DNA from: Eledone cirrhosa
Lineage: Eukaryota
Reading direction: 5' to 3'
Assembly (NCBI GenBank): GCA_964016885.1
Contig: OZ024742.1
Coordinates: 220,968,001-221,032,000 of the forward strand
Length of the DNA stretch: 64,000 bases
Both the position numbers and the translations under genes were made by a program. Shown here piece by piece: positions 55,279 through 64,000 of the stretch (positions are counted from its first letter, which is position 1; each line of letters starts with the position of its first letter). The notes beneath the pieces were generated by a model. The model was given only the letters and a program-made list of their open reading frames with translations, made no database searches and was not told the DNA's origin.

Positions 55279-55520
55279 TAAAAGGTAAACAGAAATAACA
55301 ACACAATCAGTACAGTATATGGAAGGGATATATTAGGTTAACACTTGAAATAGCAGGAATGTCTCAACGTTGCGGACGCTAGTCATTCATCAGATGAAAG
55401 AATGAGAAATTAGAAAGATTGAAGGGACGTGCAGGGTGGAATTGCAAAAAATGTCTTTAGTGAAGGTAATGGGGTGGGAGTGAAAAATAGACGGGTGAGA
55501 AGAAGAGGGTGATTAAGAAG
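55279..55520 (-). mobile_element. inverted diverged copy of the Neptune-type pLTR with degenerate hammerhead (55363-55398)
   Basis: Reverse complement matches 54805-54987 then about 51560-51617; core reads CUGAUGA..UCCGCAACGUUGAG. Confidence 0.75.
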
Positions 55521-55849
55521 AAAAGCGATAGTGATATATTTAAATAATTGTTTCTACATTTTGCACAAGGCCAGCAATTACCCAGTGCATTACTGGTACT
55601 TTATTTTATCGACCCCGTAAGGATGAAAGGCAAAGTTAACCACGGTGGGATTTGAACTCAGAATGGCAAGGGCCGTAACTCTATGCGTCAAAGCATGGCG
55701 TCCAACCCTCTACCGATACTGCCAAATAAACAACCTGGTATATTTAAATAATGCAAGAAGCAAAGAAAATTTCAGTGATACAAAAAGTTTTCCTGGTAGA
55801 AGTTCAGGTAAACTCCGGGCATATATCCAGTTAGCATTTAATTTTGTTT

Positions 55850-56142
55850 ATCTATATATATAAAACTGAGGATGTCTGTCTGTGTGAGTTTGAATCCCTA
55901 AAACTTGAGAAGCACCCAACCTACTTATGTTTCATGTAATACTTATGTTTCTGAGCAAAAAACATTTCAAATTTTCAATGCCCTAGGGACCGCATTAGGC
56001 GATTTAGCGATCTCTCTCTATAATTCTTAGTCTTTCTCTTTTTAGATAGATACATACATATAATGTCGCGCGCCCTTTTAATATCTGTCTGTATGTCTGA
56101 CTGTCTGCATTACGTCACTTCCTTGAGGATGTATGTGTGTGT

Positions 56143-56181
<39 letters not shown>

Positions 56182-56388
56182 TGTGAGTTTGAATCCCTAA
56201 AACTCGAGAAGTACCCAACCGACTTTTTTCAAACTTTACACCTCTATTACTTATGTTTCAGGAAGTGTTATGCACATAAAATTCAACTTTTTGATACCCT
56301 AGGGCCCGCATTCATAATACTCATCCTTTTTCATATCTTAGAATGTTTTAAAATTTCTTTACTCAAAAATACGGTGAGAGCTTCTATA
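55850..56388 (+). mobile_element. possible non-autonomous Helitron-like element
   Basis: Starts tctatatatataaaact, has an internal duplication of gtgagtttgaatccctaaaact..acccaacc and a (GT)n tract; 3' end not canonical. Confidence 0.4.
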
Positions 56389-56574
56389 TATTATATATAT
56401 CATCATCATCATCATCATTTTACGTCCGCTTTTCCCTGCTTGCAAGGGTGGGACAGGAACTGATTCTGGCTCGATTTCTACAGCTGGATGCCCTTCCTAA
56501 CACCAACCTCATTTACAGTGAGTGGTGGGTGCTTTTTTTGCTGTGGCACCTCCACGACCACTTTACAGTGGAAT

Positions 56575-57023
<449 letters not shown>

Positions 57024-57114
57024 CGAAAGAAATGTGGTAAGGAACCCGGTGGACCATAACGCACCAAAGTACTCAATACTTGAGGTAGTAGAGTGGGTAA
57101 TAGGAACCAGTAAG

Positions 57115-57208
57115 ACCCCGACAGCTGAGCTCAAGCCGTTTCGACGGCTAATTCTGGACTAAATGAAAATTTATCCTGGTATTTAAATAGCCGATCTTCT
57201 CAAGGGGT
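57115..57208 (-). ncRNA. type I hammerhead ribozyme, U3-A8 core variant
   Basis: Reverse complement of 60879-60972. Confidence 0.75.
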
Positions 57209-58344
57209 AATTCCATATATGGTCAAAGTGATTGTCAAAAATCAGTAGTAATTCTGTGGTTGCAAATTAGTAGGGGAGATGGTGGCTAAACCTGCCAGTA
57301 GGAGAAAGAGGGGAGGGGGTGGAGTAGACCCAATCAAGCGTTTGTAGTGCCAGCTACAGCTGGGCATGAGGTCAAAGAAGATACAGGGGAGGGGGGGGGG
57401 GGGGAGTCGGAACGGTAGGTAGAACAATGGGGGGTAGAAATATAGGAAAGAAAAAATACTGAGAGTGAAGAAAAGCAAATAAGTGTAAAGAAAAACAAAT
57501 GAGTGTAAAGAAAAAAGTAAAGTAAATTAAATTCTACGACCTAGGTCTCTAGCTATTGGTAGGCTAGAATAAATAAATAAAGAAATAAAGAAAGAAGTAA
57601 AGAAAGAAATAAAGAAATAACGAAATAAGTAAAAGAACTAGGTGGGACGGAATAGGCGAGGACCCTTTTAAGAGGTATAAGTACGTAAATGATACGGTGA
57701 CGGGTCAACAAAAGGGGCCAAAATACTAAAGAGACTACCACGAAATAAACAATAAAGGTTTCCATCCCGGGCACAATTCCAGCAACCACCCAGTGCAGCA
57801 AAGTGAACTAATACGAGATAATAATTCTGAGTCCCGAGAAAAATATATACTAATGCTAACTCTAAAAGATCTAAAACAAGCTACATGAAAGTTCGTACGA
57901 AGTAAAGGTAGAATACGGAAAAATAAATTCAGAATCCACCCCGCCCAAAAGAAAAGCGAAGAAAGAAATACTGAAACGAAAAAATAAGGCATAAGTGCCA
58001 CTAAGAAATATAGAGGGCACGGAGAAAGGTGGGAGCGGTCGGAAAAAGGGGACAAGTATCCGGGGTCTAAACCAACTGCTATAAAGGGCGGAGTCCGCCA
58101 AATCTATCCTAGACTAGGGGTGGGGGTGGGGGTACTAAGGCTACAAGGGGCCAAAGGGCAGCCTCGGGTGGGCGAGAAAAGACGCCGACAAAGGAGAAGA
58201 GCTGGGGTAGAAGGACTAAGGAGAGAGGGGGGAAGGAAGGAGATAAAGGAAGCGATAAAAGAATACAAAGAAGATCTTACGTCTCCCTTGGCAAGCAGGG
58301 GTTACCCATTGCAAAATCGGCAAGTGGGGTGTTATAGCCCTAGT

Positions 58345-59667
58345 CTACCCCCCCGGGTCATTATGGGGTTTGAGGGCGAGGTAAGTCCTACGCAATCTAT
58401 GTTTACATGCAGTAACCAGTTCATCTTTCTTGTTTAGGAGTTGGTCCGTCGAAAACAGCATTTGTAAAGTTTCCTCCGAGCATAAATTGCACGGACGGCG
58501 TCCTCCCGTGTAAGAATTGGCTCTGGACAGTAATCTCCAAGTGAGATCATAGGTGATGTTGTTGTCCTTGAGGTCCCATATGTGGCCCGAAAGTGTAGTG
58601 GCATGACGCCGGGCCGGGTTTCGGAAGGTATGTCTATGTTGGTATAGCCGGGTCTTGAAGTCACATGCGGTAAGTCCTATATAGGCTTTGTTGGAGGTAT
58701 CCGTCCTCACGTTGCACTGGTAGATCACATTACGGTCTCTGCATCCACTGTCGAGTGGGCAAATAGATCTATCCGGGCAGTTACACCTCCTGGTCGGTTC
58801 TCCACTGCCATTTAGGTTATTTCTGCCATCGGGGTTGAGTTTTTTGTTGTTAGAGGAGACGATGTTTTGTGCGAAGTTTGGTGTAGTGCTGTAAGAGAGT
58901 TTGATGGTATTTTTGTTAATTATGTTGTGGTAGCGGTGTTGTAATGGGAAGTGTTTTTCAATGAGCCTAAAGAATAGTTTCCCGATGGGAGTTGTCACCT
59001 CTGCGTTGTGGGGAGGATTGAACCATGTTACATTGCGTGAGCGGCGGTGTCTCCTGCTGGTTCCGCTAATGGGAGCTGGACAGTAGGATATTTCCTCCCG
59101 GAAACCACTCCGCTTGAGGGCCTGGTTGTAATAAGGCGCATGTTCATCGAATATCCGCTCATTAGCTGACAAACGGGATATGCGGAGGGAGATGTTTTTG
59201 ACCAGGTTGTTTGTGATGTTCCTAGGATGGTTTGATCGGCGGTGGATGTAGTGCAGATTGTCATTAGGTTTCCTGTATGGGTAGTACAGATCGTTTTCGA
59301 GGTCGAGGGTCACGTCCAGGAAGTTAACTCTGGTCAGGGACGTTTGTAGGGTTATTTTAAATCCCCAGTCGCGGAAGAATCTGATTAATTGTTTCCGGAC
59401 CCGATCTGTACTACTGGGGTTGTACCCTTTAAGGGTAAGGAGCCCATCATCACGGTACAATCCACCACCGAATGCAGGAAACATATCAGTGAGTTTGGCT
59501 ATTAGGAATAATCCTATAAGATCTGTGACCTCCGCCGAATCCGTGGCGCCCATGCTGACGTCGAAGAGTGAGTCGGGAGCTCTTTTTATCCATTTAGAGT
59601 CGTCAAAGAGTAAGACTGTCTTCCTGGCGTGGAGGATGATTTTTCTTTCCTGGTCGATGATGGGCAC
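58345..59667 (-). CDS. PLE reverse transcriptase (C-terminal part) plus GIY-YIG endonuclease, 5'-truncated, 440 aa
   Basis: FDVSMGATDSAEV, LYRDDGL, NFLDVTLDL, SNHP, WFNPP, KLSYS, CNC..CPL..C, VIYQC..YIGLT..FKTR, CNLC..E..LLNKKDE..CKH. Confidence 0.92.
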   Translation of the reverse strand: MPIIDQERKIILHARKTVLLFDDSKWIKRAPDSLFDVSMGATDSAEVTDLIGLFLIAKLTDMFPAFGGGLYRDDGLLTLKGYNPSSTDRVRKQLIRFFRDWGFKITLQTSLTRVNFLDVTLDLENDLYYPYRKPNDNLHYIHRRSNHPRNITNNLVKNISLRISRLSANERIFDEHAPYYNQALKRSGFREEISYCPAPISGTSRRHRRSRNVTWFNPPHNAEVTTPIGKLFFRLIEKHFPLQHRYHNIINKNTIKLSYSTTPNFAQNIVSSNNKKLNPDGRNNLNGSGEPTRRCNCPDRSICPLDSGCRDRNVIYQCNVRTDTSNKAYIGLTACDFKTRLYQHRHTFRNPARRHATTLSGHIWDLKDNNITYDLTWRLLSRANSYTGGRRPCNLCSEETLQMLFSTDQLLNKKDELVTACKHRLRRTYLALKPHNDPGG

Positions 59668-60878
59668 AAGTGTTTACTGCATGTAAACATAGATTGCATA
59701 GGACTTACCTCGCCCTCAAACCCCATAATGACCCGGGGGGGTAGACTAGGGCTATAACACCCCACTTGCCGATTTTGCAATGGGTAACCCCTGCTTGCCA
59801 AGGGAGACGTAAGATCTTCTTTGTATTCTTTTATCGCTTCCTTTATCTCCTTCCTTCCCCCCTCTCTCCTTAGTCCTTCTACCCCAGCTCTTCTCCTTTG
59901 TCGGCGTCTTTTCTCGCCCACCCGAGGCTGCCCTTTGGCCCCTTGTAGCCTTAGTACCCCCACCCCCACCCCTAGTCTAGGATAGATTTGGCGGACTCCG
60001 CCCTTTATAGCAGTTGGTTTAGACCCCGGATACTTGTCCCCTTTTTCCGACCGCTCCCACCTTTCTCCGTGCCCTCTATATTTCTTAGTGGCACTTATGC
60101 CTTATTTTTTCGTTTCAGTATTTCTTTCTTCGCTTTTCTTTTGGGCGGGGTGGATTCTGAATTTATTTTTCCGTATTCTACCTTTACTTCGTACGAACTT
60201 TCATGTAGCTTGTTTTAGATCTTTTAGAGTTAGCATTAGTATATATTTTTCTCGGGACTCAGAATTATTATCTCGTATTAGTTCACTTTGCTGCACTGGG
60301 TGGTTGCTGGAATTGTGCCCGGGATGGAAACCTTTATTGTTTATTTCGTGGTAGTCTCTTTAGTATTTTGGCCCCTTTTGTTGACCCGTCACCGTATCAT
60401 TTACGTACTTATACCTCTTAAAAGGGTCCTCGCCTATTCCGTCCCACCTAGTTCTTTTACTTATTTCGTTATTTCTTTATTTCTTTCTTTACTTCTTTCT
60501 TTATTTCTTTATTTATTTATTCTAGCCTACCAATAGCTAGAGACCTAGGTCGTAGAATTTAATTTACTTTACTTTTTTCTTTACACTCATTTGTTTTTCT
60601 TTACACTTATTTGCTTTTCTTCACTCTCAGTATTTTTTCTTTCCTATATTTCTACCCCCCATTGTTCTACCTACCGTTCCGACTTCCCCCCCCCCCTCCC
60701 CTGTATCTTCTTTGACCTCATGCCCAGCTGTAGCTGGCACTACAAACGCTTGATTGGGTCTACTCCACCCCCTCCCCTCTTTCTCCTACTGGCAGGTTTA
60801 GCCACCATCTCCCCTACTAATTTGCAACCACAGAATTACTACTGATTTTTGACAATCACTTTGACCATATATGGAATT

Positions 60879-60972
60879 ACCCCTTGAGAAGATCGGCTAT
60901 TTAAATACCAGGATAAATTTTCATTTAGTGCAGAATTAGCCGTCGAAACGGCTTGAGCTCAGCTGTCGGGGT
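60879..60972 (+). ncRNA. type I hammerhead ribozyme, U3-A8 core variant
   Basis: ACCCC-UUGAGAA-GA(U)CGGCUA...UAGCCGUC-GAAA-CGGCU-UGAGCUC-AGCUGUC-GGGGU. Confidence 0.75.
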
Positions 60973-61063
60973 CTTACTGGTTCCTATTACCCACTCTACT
61001 ACCTCAAGTATTGAGTACTTTGGTGCGTTATGGTCCACCGGGTTCCTTACCACATTTCCTTCG

Positions 61064-61134
<71 letters not shown>

Positions 61135-61140
61135 TATATA

Positions 61141-61217
61141 AAAAACACTTGTGGATAGTGCAGTTTTAAATCAACATATCATGTTGATTTAAAACTGCAC
61201 TATCCACAAGTGTTTTT
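61141..61217. repeat. perfect 37-bp-arm palindrome with 3-nt loop
   Basis: aaaaacacttgtggatagtgcagttttaaatcaacat-atc-atgttgatttaaaactgcactatccacaagtgttttt. Confidence 0.95.
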
Positions 61218-61241
61218 TAACCTTCATATCATGTCTTCCTG

Positions 61242-61308
61242 TTTTATATGATGAAAACACAAATATTATTGCATGATGATATTTGTTTTTGAAATGCGCA
61301 TAATAAAA
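61242..61308 (+). ncRNA. hammerhead ribozyme relic (C3A)
   Basis: UUUUAU-AUGAUGA-AAACACAAAUAUUAU...AUGAUAUUUGUUUUU-GAAA-UGCGCA-UA-AUAAAA. Confidence 0.55.
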
Positions 61309-62278
61309 TACATGGAACTCTTTTAACCATCTTTTGTTCTTATATATTATATATATATATATATAGTAATAATATATGTATAGTAATAATAATATATATA
61401 TAGTGTTAGAAGGTAAGGCGACACAAACAAGAAATGAACAGTTTCCCAGTTGTTTACTACGGGTCACAGATGTTTCAGCACATTATAGACAATACATCTA
61501 TCCATAGCGCGCCCATAGCCTTTTATCTATCAAAATACCATGAGGGAAAGAAGCGATAGCGAAGAGAGAGAAAGAAAGAAAAAGAGAGAGAAGAAAAAAA
61601 AAGAAAGAAAAAAAGGAAAAAAAGAAGTAAACATACCGATAGAAGGGGGAAATACAGGACAATGGCACATGTAAGTGAGTAACGGAGAAGAAATAAGACC
61701 AAGTTAAAGGAGCCATAATAACTGTGGAGCTAGGTAAAACACGTCTATTTTCAGTGAAAGCGAATTGTCTTTAATGTGCTGAAACATCCATGACGTGTAG
61801 TAGACAACTGATGAAGCGAAACTGTCCATCTCTTGTTTGTGTTGCCTTACCTTCTAACACTTCTTATCAGTAATCACGGAGAAAATCCTGATGATTTCTT
61901 TTGAATGAAACAGTTCTAGTCTTGTAGAAGCCATTTCTATATTCTATATATATATAATAAAAAATGACAGTATTATTAGATTCACAATTTGGATGAAAGA
62001 GAGAAAAAAAGTTAGACATAAAAAGTTAAACATATATAAACATATATAAACATATCTCCTTCATCAGGAGAGTACAATAGTAAATAGATTAGAAAATAAA
62101 AAATAGAGAAACAGGAACATGGAGTGTGTGTGTGTTGTTTTTAATTTCATGTGTATCACTATATATATTAGTGGAATGGTTTATACGTTATTCATGATGG
62201 TGTCTAAGTGTGTCGGGCTGTATTAACATTGTGTATGAGCGTGGCTTGCCAGTGTGTGTATCAGTGTATGTATCAGTC

Positions 62279-62967
62279 TTTTGAAGTCATTAGAGCAAGC
62301 GTCCAACTGTGTTGGACTGTACCTCAACGAATCCAAGACTGAGTATGTGAACAGATGCGCAAACAGCCCAAACTACCCCATCAGAACCCTTAATGGTACC
62401 ACCCTTAACAGGCTCATATATCTCCTCCTCCAAAAAAGATTTTCTAACCAGGGTATGGCATGGTCAGCGTGCAATGACATGCACGCCATATGGACATCTC
62501 AACTTACCAACAAGCTAAAACTGGAAATATTCCAAGCAACCATTAAGCCCATATTACTTTATGGATCCGAAACTTGGACACTAACATCACAACTTGAGAG
62601 GAGATTGGATGGCACATATACCCGCCTCTTAATGAGAGTGCAAAACCTATCCTGGAAACGACATCCCACCTTGTCTAAAATCTATGGCAAACTCCCTCGA
62701 GCCTCTGCCCTTCTAAAATCCCGGAGAGCTCAATTTGCTGGCCACTGTCACCGTGCCAGCAATGAAATCATATCCGCTCTCTTGCTCTGGAACCCTGACT
62801 CCAGCCTGACTAGGAGTAGGAAGCTGTCATTCCCTGACGTTATCTCTAGGGATACAGGAATCAGTAGACAGGACCTGGGGGCAGCGATGGGGGACAGGGA
62901 ATTCTGGGGCATGAGAGTGAGATCCATCATCTCGACAGTAGTCGATGAATGATGATGATGATGATGT
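62279..62967 (+). mobile_element. RTE-type LINE 3' fragment with (GAT)n tail
   Basis: VGLYLNESKT, ILLYGSETWTLT, AQFAGHCHR; ends gatgaatgatgatgatg. Confidence 0.85.
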
Positions 62968-63191
62968 ATCAAATATAAAAAAATATTAGTGACAAATATG
63001 TAGCTCTTTATTATAATAATTGTTTCTACTTTTGATACAAGGCCAGCAATTATCCCAGTGCATTACTGGTACTTTATTTTATCGACCCTGTCAGGATGAA
63101 AGGCAAAGTTAACCTCGGCGGGATTTGAACTCAGAATGGCAAGGGCCGTAACTCTATGCATCAAAGCATAGCGTCCGACCCTCTACCGATA

Positions 63192-64000
63192 CTGCCAATC
63201 TACCACCCCACTGCCAATCTACCACCCCTCTGCCAATCCACCGCCCCTCTGCCAATCTACCACCCCTCTGCCAATCCACCGCCCCTCTGCCAATCCACCA
63301 CCCCTCTGCCAATCTACCACTCCTCTGCCAATCCACCGCCCCTCTGCCAATCCACCGCCCCTCTGCCAATCCACCGCCCCTCTGCCAATCCACCGCCCCT
63401 CTGCCAATCTATCACCCCTCTGCCAATCCACCGCCCCTCTGCCAATCCACCGCCCCTCTGCCAATCCACCGCCCCTCTGCCAATCTATCACCCCTCTGCC
63501 AATCCACCGCCCCTCTGCCAATCCACCACCCCTCTGCCAATCTACCACCCCTCTGCCAATCTACCACCCCTCTGCCAATCCACCGCCCCTCTGCCAATCT
63601 ACCACCCCTCTGCCAATCTACCACCCCTCTGCCAATCTACCGCCCCTCTGCCAATCTATCACCCCTCTGCCAATCCACCACCCCTCTGCCAATCTACCAC
63701 CCCTCTGCCAATCCACCGCCCCTCTGCCAATCTACCACCCCTCTGCCAATCTACCACCCCTCTGCCAATCTACCACCCCTCTGCCAATCCACCACCCCTC
63801 TGCCAATCTACCACCCCTCTGCCAATCTACCACCCCTCTGCCAATCCACCGCCCCTCTGCCAATCCACCGCCCCTCTGCCAATCTACCGCCCCTCTGCCA
63901 ATCTATCACCCCTCTGCCAATCCACCGCCCCTCTGCCAATCTACCACCCCTCTGCCAATCCACCACCCCTCTGCCAATCTACCACCCCTCTGCCAATCTA
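63192..64000. repeat. 19-bp minisatellite (cccctctgccaatc(c/t)acc(a/g))n, open at window end
   Basis: Period 19, about 42 copies; 19-aa periodic ORFs are artefacts. Confidence 0.97.

Noticed and set aside
58345-59667. Selenoprotein-type Naiad
   Set aside because: No in-frame TGA in the retained ORF and no SECIS recognised.
57553-60536. Paired identical ORFs (57553-58101 and 59988-60536)
   Set aside because: Low-complexity translations of the inverted pLTR arms; no recognisable domain.
61809-61827. ctgatgaagcgaaactgtc as a hammerhead
   Set aside because: Only 3 nt between the core boxes, so stem II cannot form.
63154-63624. DWQRGGGLAEGRWIGRG repeat protein or telomeric repeat
   Set aside because: Translation of a 19-bp minisatellite; not TTAGGG-type.

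Overview
AT-rich eukaryotic, probably cephalopod (Octopus-like; inferred from SINE and LINE content), repeat-saturated window with no convincing host gene. It contains a 59-bp satellite (1-5.8 kb), a degenerate Gypsy retrotransposon nested in the 3' LTR of a non-autonomous LTR element, Tx1/L1-, RTE- and CR1-type LINE relics, a Chapaev3-like transposase relic, MITEs, tRNA-derived SINEs and a terminal 19-bp minisatellite. The most notable content is a dense cluster of Penelope-like elements (Naiad- and Neptune-type) and their non-coding fold-back derivatives, mostly inserted in (TA)n, with long inverted pseudo-LTRs. They carry at least 10 hand-identified type I hammerhead ribozyme motifs of several architectures, including a U3-A8 compensatory core. 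A 2.1-kb non-autonomous LTR element also carries about 35 nt of tRNA-Trp sequence with an A-to-T change at the m1A58 position next to a duplicated PBS. All folding and alignment was done by eye; no database search was run.
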